A DNA stretch of 60,574 bases, counting the filler, from Dimargaris cristalligena (taxonomy: Eukaryota), in NCBI GenBank assembly GCA_003614675.1. It is 6 parts of 6 records of this genome, joined end to end, with 100 filler letters (N's around TTAATTAATTAA, not from the genome) between each part and the next. Parts side by side here need not be neighbours in the genome. Positions count along the whole stretch, not along the records: positions 10,142 to 20,179 come from ML003210.1; positions 20,280 to 30,288 come from ML003211.1; 4 more parts are not named here. One strand, given 5' to 3'. The position numbers were made by a program, and so were the translations under genes. The notes beneath the pieces were generated by a model. That model worked only from the letters and a program-made list of their open reading frames with translations. It was not told the origin of the DNA and did no database searches. Positions 12,038 through 25,742 of the stretch are shown one piece after another. How positions within the stretch are numbered: position 1 is the stretch's first letter; each line of letters starts with the position of its first letter.

Positions 12038-13573
12038 ATCGGCGAACTACGGATCCGGGGTAGATATGTAAATGACGTGAAAAAAAAAACTTTCCCAAAC
12101 ATACACTTTGAAGTGTGGCTTCCGGGATAAAGAAAATATCAAATAATGATTATGAAATATAAGTGAAGACAATGAAGTTAAAATGCGAGAAAGGAGTAAA
12201 ATTGGCGAAGATATATAGGAATCGAGCTGGGCGACCTTAAGAATAAAATTATTTTGGGTATCAAGGGAGAGGTCCAACTATTGTAGTTTGGTAGAGTATT
12301 TTTTGATCCTTCAGCCCAATTTCGGCTGGTCGTTTCAAAGGGACGTCGCTTTGTACGACAGTATCAGTGAATGAATGGGCGGGAAATCACTTGGCCAGCA
12401 TTTGTCATATACAAAGTGTAACCCCACATTTGGTACAATTTATGCCCAGTGTCGACTCAAACCCCAATGCTTATGCCAAGTATTATTATTTTTGGATTCG
12501 GTGGGATGTTAAACAAAAACAAAATATAAGTATTAGATGAACTGGTTGATTTGCGAGCAGTACTCTGTCTACTGATGAACTCCTGGGGGTGTATATAGGC
12601 CTCGGATAACGGAAGTCGCCATCAAAGGAGACGGACATTTGCGCCAACTAGTGTACTGTAGATAGTTGGGAGACTCCAACCGGCAATACACTAGTCACTG
12701 CCTGCCTGATTACATACCCTACACCAACCCAAGGCACCCGAGGCTATCGCGTGAGATAGGTAGTGAGTAGATTTATGGAACATTGCCGATATTTTGTAGT
12801 CTTATAATAAAATTCACTAGGTGCAAAGAACGGCCAATCTACGGCATGGTAGGTTTTTGTTGCGATACTATCGTCACATAGAATTCCAGAATATATTATT
12901 TAAGCCAACTGCTATTAACGGGGCCACGAAAATAACATGGCCCTCTGATTATTTTTTTGTAGACGCAGTTAATTGATGCATAGCATGTTGCAGTTGATTA
13001 TACGATTGGGTACTTATATTCACACTAACTAATTCGACCACTCTCTATACATGGATATCCCCGTAAACCCGAGCGATGCTGGAAATTGGAAAGACGGACC
13101 TGTCTACCAGTACCCATATGGAATATACGACTATCGTGTATTAATATTAGGGCTTAATTTTTATTCAGGTGAAGTAGAGTTTTATTTAAAGCAAATCTAA
13201 GGCAGGCGATCTTTTGGCCATAAATTGCCATCCACAGGGAACATAATAAAGGGTACCTTAGTCAAAAACCCTCAGGCTTAATTTATATTCAGCTAAACCC
13301 CCCCCCCCCTCCCCCAACATAGCATGATTCAACTTGTTACAATTCTATTGGGAAAATAACTATTATAATCCAATCGGAAATGTCCAATTAAAGAAAGGTC
13401 GTTTATTGAATGAATAAAAGGCCTCGCCCATCACTGAATTTCACCATAATGTAAATTTTAGGCTAATCGAAATGGGCTGCTACCTAATGACCTAATGATA
13501 GGTGACTGGCACTTATAAAGGCATACTATCCAGGCGGCACTTCAAAGGATTCATAGGTGGTGCAGTACTGGTC

Positions 13574-13849
13574 TTATTCGATCGGTTTGCCTCGATGTGC
13601 AGCATTATCCACTTTCACCATCGGTATATGACTTTTCGGTGGTTTTGGCGTTTTCTTAACCTTCGGAGACCCATTCCCCTTGGGGGAGTTCCGTCGGTAT
13701 AGGGGCATGGGGTGGGAATTGCTGAGGCTGTTTGCTTGGTGAGGAGCTGCGGCAATCGGATGCGAAGTAAGTACCAGAAGGGCTAAGCTGCAGAGAGCGA
13801 TGTATAGTATTTGATGGGGCATCATGGTAGTGGGTTGGATGGCTTCCAT
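13574..13849 (-). CDS. Small basic secreted protein (83-91 aa) with LYRR site
   Basis: ILYIALCSLALLVLTSHPIAA hydrophobic signal, then LYRR, then a Lys/Pro-rich tail. The start may be the ATG at 13825. Confidence 0.65.
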   Translation of the reverse strand: MEAIQPTTMMPHQILYIALCSLALLVLTSHPIAAAPHQANSLSNSHPMPLYRRNSPKGNGSPKVKKTPKPPKSHIPMVKVDNAAHRGKPIE

Positions 13850-16790
13850 GGGAATATATGATTGGCGATGTAGGGATAGGGAGCGCCTGTTTGGTCTAAA
13901 AATTATTTCAAATCATTGACGCGTTCAGAAGCAAATGTACAGGGATGGCTCGCCAGACGTCTTTAGGAAATCAAATACTTTCCTCTGATCCAGAAACTGG
14001 GCTGTATGGACTCACAAGAATGGTAGACAATATATTATTGGTGGCAAGCTTACTGGTAACGGTGGGATACACAGGCAATATTGCCGGATGGAGATAGGAT
14101 TAATATGGAAGAGGTCAGCGTAGAATGCAATGATAAGCCCTCTTGGACGGGCTGGCGGATTGCATATTTATAAGATTTATTTTGGGCTGAGCGATTCATC
14201 CAGAGCGTACGGAGTATATCTATAAAATATTCAATACAAGAAACGAGGGTATAGGAAAAGGGATAACGGTATAATGCGAAAAGATGGGTAAATTGGCGTA
14301 GATGCATGAAAAACAGCAGACGGGGGGCAAGGCGCGAACCCCAAAGAACCGGTTTTCGCTTGCATTCATGGCTGCCGTTTGTTTCGATGGATCGTCCATG
14401 GCGCTGCTACTGCCATCTCAATCCAAACTAGCTTACTTAAGATCTACGGTATGGGACATTTATCCTGTAGCTGGCCCCCCTCGACCCGCGCAATGGCAGG
14501 GCTGGGGCAACCAGCCCAGCAAGTAGGCCTACGCCTGTCCACTGCTATTACGACTGATAACGTCCTCCGCCACTTAGCACAAGGCAGCCCAATCGATAAG
14601 TTCGCATGTCACGCAGGCGACATGCCCTATTGTCTATATTCCCCTGTTTAGTCCGCGGCAGCTTAAGTTAAAATTAAAATTGGCAAGGTTGCCCATACCA
14701 CTTTATGATAAACCCGCTCAAGGCCCCAGCCATAGTAGGTCGGGATGCATGATTAGCCCCACAAAGGAAGATCCTTGGTGTCCAGAAAGTAGGGGTGATT
14801 TTCGAAACGTAAGAGAGGGGGAGTACTATTGCATCTGCTTAAGTAGTATAGGTAATCAAAGATTCAATAGTGCGGAATGGAAGGGAAGACTGAGACAGCA
14901 AGTGTAGTCGTAAATCGAAAATAAATAAATAAGAGAAGTCTACGAAGAGGTAGAATAGAGGGTGTAGGGGGGAGGGATAAAGCGGTATGCAACGACCTAA
15001 AAGACAAAATGGCGATAGCGATTCACATGAAGCCTTGGTAAAACTCTTCTTGTACGCTTGACAAAGACTACATACGCGATCTGCGCCTTAGCCGATATCT
15101 TTACAACCCTACCCTGTAGTATTCGACGTTCATTATTCAAAGCCTATAGTGTTCATTTGTAAGCGACGACATGTAAAGGATTATTGTCGCAATGCTAAGA
15201 AAAAACGGGAGGTCCAATGGGATAGTACAGTAGCCCACTACCGAAGTGTGGTCACTCCCTTGCAATTCCAACAGCAGAAGGAAGCGACTCCAAAAGACGA
15301 AACACGGAGAAATACCATGTATACCCCGTTTACACGGTAATTGACTATCAATGATCCAGCGCTGCCCTGCTTAACCCCCAGGGAAAGAGATAAGGTTACT
15401 GCACTCAAACGGGCGGGTGCTAGAGCAACTGAAGGAGTCCTTCACCCGTCATAGGCGAGAGGCCGCCCCCCCCCCACAGCACTCCTCACCCGAGTGAGGG
15501 AGACTGGCTGGGCTATGGTTTAGACCACTTGACCACCCTCCTCCATCGCTGGAAGAGGACGGTCTCCCACCAAAATAGTACAATAATAAAAACTCCTCTC
15601 CGAGGAATATGACACACTTCCCCTAGTCACTGACTACTATATCCTGTGTTTTTGAATAATATACCAATTACATTATTAGGTTTGAGAGCTCTATTTGACT
15701 TGGCATTCAGCTACCTACCCCTCTCGGTCTCTTCAGTTGTCTCCCATGGCTCTTCCCGCACTACTTGGCCTACTCGGTTATGCTATCCTACTCAGTTTAC
15801 AACCCGTTAGTTCCTAAGCATATTTCCTACCCTTTGATTATCCAATAAACTCTCATATACGCGCACCCCCAATTACTTGATCGTAGGTGCACTTCCCTAC
15901 ATGTCCCCTGCATAGTCAAACTAAGGAATTGCTGCCAAATTCAGGATTAGGGGAAGTCAAAAAATTTATCTATTTTATTGTGTTTTGATCACTCCCAAAA
16001 TTATACATATTACGGTGAAACTGGCGTTGCTATTGGTCCCACCAGGCGAGTCAATCGTTATGACTGAAATTATGAGTGAAGAGAACTCCGCCAACAGCAG
16101 GATGGGAAGTAAAGGCAGAGCGCAGCCAATACCGGAGAACTCGTCACTGGCGACCACATAGACGTCGATGAAACCGTTCGGCATTAGCCTCGCTGTTAGG
16201 GTATTTAAACCCGTTGATTCTGCGACTAGGTTTAAGGAGAGACTCGATAGGAGCGTGATTTCTACACAATTTCGAATACCAGTTCTTTTATAAAAATACT
16301 CAATAAATAGCTTGTTTTTGTAAAACCATTAGGTATCTTGTTCGAAAAAGGGGCCGCGTTGGTAAAGACGTTAGTGGCCACGGCTCTCTGTAGGTGATCT
16401 GGCTTAGCTTGTAGGATTATTTTGGAGATTCTCTTATTATAATTTGTTTTCGAAATATGACCTGGTCTCGCTCCCTAATGGACCGGTTGTCGGGGCTGAC
16501 CACTCTATTACGACCCGGTTCTCCTCAACCAGACAGGACCACGATGGACCCTACCCGACTCCCGGGCCGTGCCATTACACAGCCGGGTTTACCAACCCAC
16601 TGGATACAAATGGCCGGATTATTTTACTGGCTCCCAATTATATACACCCAAATACTAACCGGCGAATGTTAGATGTGGTTTTCAGGGGCCGAATTATCCC
16701 TATGCTTGCCCCATTATCCAATTTCAAGCCCAAGTCCAAGTAAGCTAAATTTATTGAATGGCGGTGGTCTATCAACTGGAACAACTATTA

Positions 16791-19202
16791 TTATTCGTTG
16801 TCGGCAGCGGTAGAGGCCAAGGCCGGCTGGGTGAGTCGGTAGTCGCGGGTCACGGGCTCGCCCTGGACCAAATCTTTAATGGGCCACAGAATATTGTATG
16901 CGTTGACCGCCCCGGTGGTGGGGGAGCAGTACAGCAACGAGTAGCAGCTGCAGTTGGGGTCGGCACTATTGCCGATGGCGTTACCTACCTCGTCCATCAC
17001 ATAGTGGACGGTGTCCTGCTGCGATTGGCCGGAGGCGGAGGCACTGGCGTATTTGTAGGTTTGCATGTACTTGTGTAGTTTTCGGGCTACTTCGCGGGCC
17101 ACGGCTTCCCGTTCGGGGTTGTTGAGACGCTCTTCCCCTTCGATCAACTCGGGCCAGGCCTCGTCGGCCTGGCGCTTCTTGAGGTGCAGAACAATATCCC
17201 CGGAGTCTAGTTAAAATAGAAGGGTAATAAAAATTGGGAGGGGGGGTGGAGAGATTAGCGCAGATGTTACCAAGTGGTTAAATAGGGGAGGTATGCAATG
17301 GCAATCAAATGACCCCTCTCTCCTGTCAAGGGAAAATAAATAAAATTGAATTGACCTGATCCCGAGATGAAAGTCCTCATGGAAATATACTTACCCACTG
17401 ACCAGGTGCTCGCGTCGGTATCAATGGTAGCATGCAGCTTTCCGTCCACTACGGTGTGGCCCTGTTGGGTGGCAATTCGGATATACTGGGGTTGAATTTC
17501 GACCTGGATATCAGCAGCCCGAAGTTTGGAATTTCCGGGGAAAGTCACAGTTATGTAGCCGTCGTTATCCCCGACGTCCGTTGATTGTTCGCAGCGGTAG
17601 AGGGGGGTCCACCACCGGGCCTGGCCTTCCTTTTTCCGAGCTAGTGAGAGTACACCCAGGTGTGTTTTGGTTTTAACGATTCGTTAGATGAAGAAAAAAA
17701 AATAGGCAAGTAAGATTAGGGAAGGGTCGTGGACTATAGATACCAGGCTAAATGCCGGGTTTAGAGGGCCACTTCGCTTAACAGAAACTGAGGGGAGAGA
17801 ATCCTATGATTGACCCGTTTAGCAAGCATTACAATAAGACCCGGAACGGTAAATTACCTTGGGCCTGGCTCGCGATCTGCTCCTTGATGGCCCTCAGCTG
17901 AGGGGTATCCTCCTCGATGTAGGTGGCCTCCACAATAGCATTCAAGACTTCGTAATTCTCCTTGTGCAATAAGTCCTTGGCCTGGTCTTCACTGACGTTG
18001 CCCGATTGGACCACCATCTGCACCATGTCGGCCCATTCCTCGGGAGTGAGGTGTTCAGGGACCTCCGGCTTGGCGGAACTGGGCTCCTTATCAGCGATGG
18101 ACAGATTGGAGTCCTCGTCGAACGGCACATTGACAATCTTGGCCATGCGAGCCAGCAGACTGGAATCCATTAGCAATAGCTGGTAGGGATCATTGGAGGT
18201 GGTTGCCCAGGCGTGATCAATCAAGAACACGTCACTGATCATCGGAAGTCGGTTGCGCAGATTAATTGGTATACGGTTTGCATTATTAGACGGGTTTTAG
18301 ATGGGTGGTCCTATAGGTAAAAAAACTAGGGGGTCGAATTGATATATATATATATATATGATAAATAGCAGGATTTCCGCTAACCATAAGTAATGTGAAG
18401 CAGGAAATGTATTACCTATCGCGATCCAACTGCTCCTTCTTAACCACTAGGCAGTACTTGGAGAGCTCCGGGCGGGAAGCTTCTTCAAAAGCGAACGTAC
18501 GGCCGGCGTCAAAAACATCGTCACGCAACTTGTGGTAGAGCAACTAAGAGGATCGGGCGAGTTGCGGTAGATTTAAGCAGAAGATTAAACCCGACAAGTG
18601 GTTAGCTGATGAGAAGTTGGTAATTAATTGTCTGGGCTAGTCTGAAGATACTATGCGTGAGGTGTGGGAGGAGGGATGTTGGCTATGCAGATGGGTGAAA
18701 TTCAGACTAGCTGTATAAAGCCTTACACAATACGTGAATGGGAGAATATGTGAAAGAAATTATTTTAACCAGTAATTTTGGCCCCATCTAATGGATTTAT
18801 CGTCGTTATACAGCCTGGATGAACTTCTCCCAGATGGACCAGGCTTACCACCCGGCCTATCCGACCCAATGCACCATCGTCTTTAAACGAAGCTTGCTAC
18901 TTACCTTCCAAAGGTGCGGGGGGAAGGCAATGGCCTGGAGCTGGTTGCGATGGATGGCCTCAAATTGGGCGTATTCGTCAACGGGGGCCTGGGTAGGGAC
19001 CTCGGACTGGGCCTCGTTGGCTGTTTGATAGCCGCACCATAGTTGGGCAAAGGGGTTAGTCAGGGGCCAATTGAGTTGTTCTTTTTTAAGTCAAAGGGCG
19101 ATTATGCTACGGAGAATATATTTTCGACCAGCGGAGGGACAGGCCCTCCGTGAATCGAGGAGAGAGAGCATGGGACCTGGACTTACGATTCGTAACAGCC
19201 AT
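16791..19202 (-). CDS. TTLL12-related protein (SET-like N-terminal region with UBA-like and CS/p23 inserts, no TTL domain); exons 19202-19187, 19020-18905, 18543-18416, 18234-17858, 17640-17395, 17206-16791; 432 aa
   Basis: All five introns are GT-AG and the phases are consistent (1299 nt). TTLL12 motifs: LWKLLYHKLRDDVFDAGRTF, VFLIDHAW, YVMDEVGNAI, YNILWPIKDL..GE.VTRDY. Confidence 0.85.
18693..18831. mobile_element. MITE copy 2, in intron 2 of the TTLL12-related gene, TSD AGAT
   Basis: gggtgaaattcagactagctgtataa ... ttatacagcctggatgaacttctccc, with AGAT on both sides. Confidence 0.88.
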
Positions 19203-19373
19203 GGCGGAATGCGGGACAATGGCAAAGGCCAGTAAGGCGGGGAAGTCAATGAGAAAAAAAGCAGGTTGGGTGAATCAGCCCTTGGTTTCAGTCCCACACA
19301 CCTTAACCCAAACAGGACTACTCTATTGGGCGACTGGTGTGCAGCCTGGCCTGAGTTGCGCAGGGAAGAATAT

Positions 19374-19509
19374 GGGAGAAATTCAAACCAGCTGTATAAG
19401 GTTTTACATAATACGTGTATGGGCGAATATATGTGAGAATAACTTTTAACCAGTAATATTGGCCGCATCCAATGGATTTTTCATTATACAGCCTGAATGA
19501 ACTTCTCCC
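19374..19509. mobile_element. MITE copy 3, upstream of the TTLL12-related gene
   Basis: Same TIRs and internal sequence as copy 2. Flanks are ATAT and AGAT (1 mismatch). Confidence 0.88.
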
Positions 19510-20179
19510 AGATGTACTTTTGAAGCTACACACTGTGTCTATTCATCACTGCTGGCATGGTTTTAGATTCATCTCTTGCGTATTATGGTCAATTACTATA
19601 TACATGCTTGGGCTAGTATGAGGGAAACTCAATTATATATGCCTGGCGAGGTATTCATTGCCGTATGCCAAGGTGCCCGGTGGAATCGGACTCGGCTCGG
19701 AGTAGCTTGTATATTCGAAGCAAACGACGAGGCTAACCAGTTGAACGGTTTATATACCAACCTCCGTATTTCCCCGAATAAACCGCACGCTTACAATTTC
19801 CAAGGCGACTATGGAGACAGCCAGCGTAATTCCCGGTATAGCGGAGAAACCTTCCTCAACACACTAACTGACCTGACACATCAGACTTTTTTTTTTTTTC
19901 ATTTCTCATCCATTCATGACTGGTCGAGTGAACTGGGTGTATCCCCAAGTCCAATGAAACCAGTTGTCCCACAACCTCCACCAAGGACTCTTCCGTCCCC
20001 ACCCTCCCCCATAAAAAGAGGGAGTCCCGCCACCTCCATGAACAGCATCGACTGTACTTTACAGGATCATGTTAATAGTTTCTACAACTAAGCTGCTCCA
20101 TTATTAATTTACAGCCGTTGACTAAAGTTGGTTGAGGAATGACAACCTGCCGTTCGTAAAGGGAGATTTGTGGGTTCCT

Positions 20180-20279
20180 NNNNNNNNNNNNNNNNNNNNN
20201 NNNNNNNNNNNNNNNNNNNNNNNTTAATTAATTAANNNNNNNNNNNNNNNNNNNNNNNNNNNNNNNNNNNNNNNNNNNN
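20180..20279. other. Artificial contig linker
   Basis: 44 N + TTAATTAATTAA + 44 N. Confidence 0.98.
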
Positions 20280-20375
20280 TTTATTATCTATCTTTTCAAA
20301 TAAAGTTCAGTTTTCAAGGATTTGATTTCAGTTCTTTACAGGCCCTGTCTGCTGTAAAAAGCATATCCTTAGAAT

Positions 20376-20410
20376 TCTTGATGGACTAAGAGTAGTAAAC
20401 CCAGGTGGTA
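20376..20410 (+). repeat. Fragment of the LTR 3' end
   Basis: tcttgatggactaagagtagtaaacccagg matches the end of LTR copy B (~21149-21179). Confidence 0.6.
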
Positions 20411-20598
20411 TGAAAACTTCTAATTTTTATTCCCAAATAGTAATAGAGGGGGTAGATAACTTTAAGGGTAGGTATATTAGAAATTCATTTCCCCCATCCC
20501 ACTGATTCCATCTCTCTGATTGGTTCATATTATACTCAGGACTATATTCTTTCTATGATTATATCATCCTATACTCTGGACTTTGTCCTAATTATCAT

Positions 20599-21183
20599 TG
20601 TTAGCCCTTTTAATCTAGCTTAATCTGGAAATAATGACCAACCACCCTTATTAGGCCTTATAGCACCATACTAACCTTCCCATAGTCACCCCCAGTATTA
20701 TGGGATTATCTTATATAATATAACCATTCTGTTTCCAGACTCTGGAGTTCCCATTTAATCACTCCTGGGCTGATCTAATAACTCTTTCAGTTCCCAGCAG
20801 AGTCTTCCATACCCTTACATTGTCTGGTTAGTATTTAATCCATTAGTTATCTTAGTAGTATCTTCCTTCAGGGACCTCCCTTTAGAGTCTTCCCCCATAT
20901 ATATATATAACCAGCCCCCCATTGGGACCAGTTAGATTCCTTAGCTTATTTTCACCCCCCCAGTTTACTTTAATAAACTCTGTATACACTCACCCCCCCT
21001 GTGCTGGCCAGTAAGTGTGCTTGCTGCACATCCTTGCATAGCTGACTACCTAAGTCTTTATTAGTTAATACTAACCCTGTATCTGATGCTAGTAGCCCAC
21101 TTGGCTGAGTTTAAGCCCAGCCTACAGTTGGAAGCCTATCCTTGGGACTCTTGATGGACTAAGAGTAGTTAACCCAGGCAATA
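20599..21183 (+). mobile_element. Solo LTR copy B (~585 bp)
   Basis: TGTTAG...GCAATA (decayed CAACA), with internal TATATATAA and AATAAA. Flanks are ATCAT and ATTAT (TSD with one C>T). Reverse complement of copy C. Confidence 0.85.
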
Positions 21184-22633
21184 ATTATTTCTGCTATTTT
21201 TAACTTAATAAAACCAACTGTGGGCAACTAGCTTTGTCCCTTGCAGTTCTTTCTCTCTTCTTTAAAGTCCTTATAGTTATATTTGAAGGCACTTATATTT
21301 ACCCTCAAATTTTCCATTCCAATAGGGTATTCATTGAGTATATATTCCTTCCCACATACAACTAATACCAACTGCTAGTCACAGTCATAATGTAGCCATG
21401 TACTATTAGTTGGCATTACCAATACACTGCAGAGATTCATTCCCTCAGGTATTTTGGTCATAACTCACAAATTTATGAGCAATTCACTATTTGACTATAG
21501 AAATGTATTATTAGTGAGTTTAGAGAAAATAGGTCTAAAGACATTATATAGAAGTCTATATTTTCTTGCCAAGTCACCTCGGTCACAACTTACTCTAGCC
21601 CATTAGACATGTCAATGTAGTGTTGGCACCATATAAATGGGGAAGTGTTAATACACCGGCATTGACAGCTATTAGGGGCTCGTCGTATTTAGGAGTGATT
21701 AGGATGAAAAGACGGGATGAAGACAAGGGATGATACAGGGGGATGCCAGGGTCAAATAGGCTGGTCTATATTTAATGTATATCTTTTGTTGAATATGTTA
21801 ATGATTGACTGATTAAAATGTAAGTAAATTAGCTGGATAATCCCAGCAGTTTATTTCTGGGTAAGAGGTAATACTGTATTGAAATACATCCAAGGCAGAC
21901 GGGAGGAATAGAACGAGTAATCTGCCCATAAACCATAGCCAAAGGAGCAATATGAGAGAAACCAATTGTTTCGTTCATTGCTGTCTTTGAGAAGGGACAA
22001 TTCAACATGTATGACAATGGCTGGACCCCAAACTCGATTGCCAATACTCATTATACTATGGAAACCGGGGTATACTTGGCGGATAATCTTATAGGCGACT
22101 AGCATCGGTGGCCTGTGAGGATTGAGATGTGCTAGGCATCCGCCAGGCTGTTCAACCAGAAACAAGAGGAGGGCAAAAAATAGGGTATTCGATGACCCCC
22201 GACTCTTGAATACCAAGGGCTACCCGTAGATCGGTGTAGTATCAACCCCTTTGTTATACCCTAAGAGACAAGATAGCAGGGAGGCAAGTGAGATACTGGC
22301 GGTTATTAGGCGACAGTTCGCCTACGATACACCAGGAGGAGTCCCCTGAGGCTGTAAGAAGGATATCCAGTGGCTTGGCCAGGTTAAGGTTGCTGATAAA
22401 TAATAGGAGGTCTACCTAGTTCAGTCTGGCGCTTAATTGCCATACAACCATTTAAATATCCTAGCCGGCGCCTCACTTCTATTTTCTATCCATACCATTT
22501 ACAATCTACTTCCTCTGCACAACCATCATCACACATTATTATTGCCCTACATTGAGACGGCTATAGCTCTTCCACTTCACCTTTCCATTACATTACACCC
22601 TTTCTATCCTTCCTCTCCTCTACTACCTCCAAC

Positions 22634-22921
22634 ATGGTCAACTTTAGCCAGCTGCTTATTTCCACCACACTGATTGGTGCCATTCTTGTGGCGGCCTCAC
22701 CCATACCGCAACCCCATCCTGGCGTCAGGCAATCACTTGGTAAAGTCTTCACTAGAACCAAAAATTTCGTGAAAGGAGGTGCCAGTCAATCTGTACCTCC
22801 TCCGGAGAAGAGTCAGCCCTCAGCTCTCAAGAAGAAAAGTACAACTACAGTCACTATGCAAAATAATCCAATCGAACAGCCCCCCCACAAAGATATATAC
22901 CAACCCATGCCTAGGAAATAG
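22634..22921 (+). CDS. Small basic secreted protein, 95 aa
   Basis: caacATGg start. MVNFSQLLISTTLIGAILVAA|SPIPQP is a classic fungal signal peptide. AATAAA near 23038. Confidence 0.75.
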   Translation: MVNFSQLLISTTLIGAILVAASPIPQPHPGVRQSLGKVFTRTKNFVKGGASQSVPPPEKSQPSALKKKSTTTVTMQNNPIEQPPHKDIYQPMPRK

Positions 22922-24073
22922 GCGAATCAGTAGAGTTGGGGGTCATTTCATGGCGGTTGAAAGTCGGGCCGCTCGACGGTGGGTCAATTATGGTTTGCCA
23001 GTAAGACGGCAGTCTGGCCGGCAGGTGGGGCGGTAGCAATAAATACAAAATATAATAAATTGAAGCTATGAATGGCTATTTATCGTATAATTGAAATAAT
23101 TATGAAATAACTGTGAACATTGTAGTACTAAAAGACGGGCTTTGTAGGCATCAATGGTTACTCGGACTTCACCCCCGACTGATAATTTGGCAAAAATTGG
23201 CAACAATATATAATAATATCAGTATTTATTCAGGGTTTACCTGTTACTGGTAACTTTGCTCTTCCAAGTATGTTGGAACTATGGGTTTTTATATAGGGAA
23301 ATTGTGGTTGTGCTATACTTTAGGATTCAGAGCTATTGGCAGTATTCACCATTCGGGAAAATTCATATGATATCATTATTTCTGATGAGGCAAGTAATTA
23401 ATTTGATTGATAAGCGATAATCGGCCACTGGTTACTATCTGAATAGAATATAAATGGCTAAATGGGACGATACTGCACTGATAATTACTGTAAACAAATA
23501 CCGGGTGGCTAGATTCATCATTAATTGCGAATAAATAGGTAGATATGCCTGGGACAATCGTGTATTTTGAAGAGTTTATAATAATATTGGGATATACGGT
23601 AGGAAAAAAAGTCTGAAATGCGAGAAAAAAAGGGGGTTTGCAAAGAAAGTAGTGATGTATGAGAATAAGGAAGTTCATTAATAAAATAGGTATTCAAAAT
23701 TCCTGTGCTCAGCAGCAATTCATAAGTGATTTATTGCTTTTACTTGGGATTTATCATAGTAAGAAGATGTTAGTAGTTTTATAATAATGGCCTCATATAA
23801 TTGCACTACCAATTAACTCTGGTCTTAATCAATTGAATGCGGTGGTAGGATTGAGGGGAATTGCACTCTATCAGGCACAGCCTAAAGGTGATGGGGCCAA
23901 TGTTTCACTAACAACTAATAGTATATTCATTGAGCTGAAAGGGACAGTACTAGGGGCAGGTAGATTCATTTCTTTTGGGCTTTGGGGTATAGAAAAGTAA
24001 GCATCTTCAACTGGGGGGTACTACTATTAAGACAATATATATTGATTAGGATGTTAAATATTAAATGTAGCAG

Positions 24074-24659
24074 TATTACCTGAGTTAACTACTCTTACTC
24101 CATCAAGAATCTTGAGGATAGGCATCTAATGGTAGGTAGGGCTTAGACTTAGCCAAGTAGGCTACTAGTATTAGGTATAGGTATAATACTAACCAATAAA
24201 GGCTTAAGTGGTCTACTATGCAAGGGATATACAGCAGGTACACTTACTGGTTGGTATGAGGGGGTAAGTATATATAGAGTTTATTAAGGTAAATGGGGAA
24301 ATGTGAATAAGCTAAGGGATCTAACTGGTCCCAGTGGGGGCCAGTTATATATATACAGGGGATGACTCCAATGGAAGGTCCCTGAAGGAAGATACTACTA
24401 AGACTACTGATAGGATAAAATAGCTCACCAGATTACTGTAAAGATATAGAAGACTCTGCTGGGAACTGGAAGAGTTGTTAGATTAGCCTGGGAGTGATTA
24501 AATGGGACTCCAGAGTCTGGAAACAGAATGGTTATATCATATAGGGTGATTTCATAGTACTGGGGGTGGTAACCATGGGAAGGTTAATATGGTACTATAA
24601 GGCCTAGTAAGGGTGGATAATCATTATGTCCAGACTAAATTGGATTAGAAGGGCTGATA
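24074..24659 (-). mobile_element. Solo LTR copy C (heavily mutated)
   Basis: Full-length inverted homologue of copy B. Termini have decayed to TAT...ATA. No clear TSD. Confidence 0.82.
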
Positions 24660-25742
24660 GAGATATAAATGGCCAGTAGTTAATTATACTGTCCTATTTT
24701 ATACCCCAGGTTTATAATGGTGTCCAATTTTGGCTTGTTATTGGGTATTGCCTACTTAGTAGCACATCTATTCAGGGGGGGGCAAGTAACCCACTCAGTT
24801 TCTAGGTAGTTGGGGATCAGGTCAAGGTACAACTACTAGATGTGGCTATTATATAATTCACCTTATATGTAGTATTGGTATTCACCTTTTGAGCTTTTGG
24901 GTTGTATCCATTTTTGTACCAAACAATTTCTTTATGGATGATGTTCCCAAATTTTCACAAGTATCATTTGCCAACTTCCACTACTACACTGTTTATTGTT
25001 CACCTATCCCCACAGTACACCACTCGTTATTTACATTGTTAGTGAGGAATAGTACCTCTAGGAATGGCTCAACTATATTGCGGAAAGGTAAATAACGCTA
25101 TCGAGTATTTTGAAAAAAAAAAAAAAAAACAACCCTTGGGATATGTTATTGACGACTAAGCTATCTCGTCAAATAGACCTGCTTCGCTTTTGAAGGCTAG
25201 CGCCAGGAATGACGAAACACTGAAAAATAAATAGCCAAACTGTTCGCGTTGGTTCTTTACAACCCATTCACACAGCTTAATAGCCTGGCCATAATAATAG
25301 TTTGTCACCCATGGAGGCCTCTCTCAACAATCATAACACTGCATGGGAAATAAATCCCGCCAACTTTGTCAAAGTTCTAAAATTATAGCACTCAGTGCCT
25401 GCACCATTCTTCATATGATGAGGCTTCACTGTCAATTGTTAGGACGAGGAAACTCCTAGCTCCCCCACATCGGGCGCCGCAGTATTTCTAGCAGCCTGTC
25501 AATAGTTTTTACGGGCTATTTGAAATTCGCTTCCTGGGCCTTAAAGGCCCATTTACACTTTACTTTTCATTTATAACATCCAATTATTCAATCTTTCCAT
25601 GGCATTCCGTACTATACCTCTACTGAACCGCCGCCTATCCTAGTTATACTTATGCGTACATTTTTCTACTCCGCTTGAGCCCAGCGTTGAGATCACCTCT
25701 ACCCATTGACAATCGACTTCACGGCCAAAACCCACTGTTAAC

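Noticed and set aside
15746-15990. Signal-peptide-like start MALPALLGLLGYAILLSLQP with a possible GTTAGT intron
   Set aside because: The spliced product would be only ~50 aa with no recognisable features; it cannot be told apart from a relic or chance.
19576-20091. 171-aa ORF
   Set aside because: TTG start, runs through a poly-T tract, and shows no coding-like composition or homology I recognise.
21184-21540. Decayed minus-strand reading frame abutting LTR B
   Set aside because: Multiple stops and no identifiable motif; probably a mutated repeat but unclassifiable by eye.
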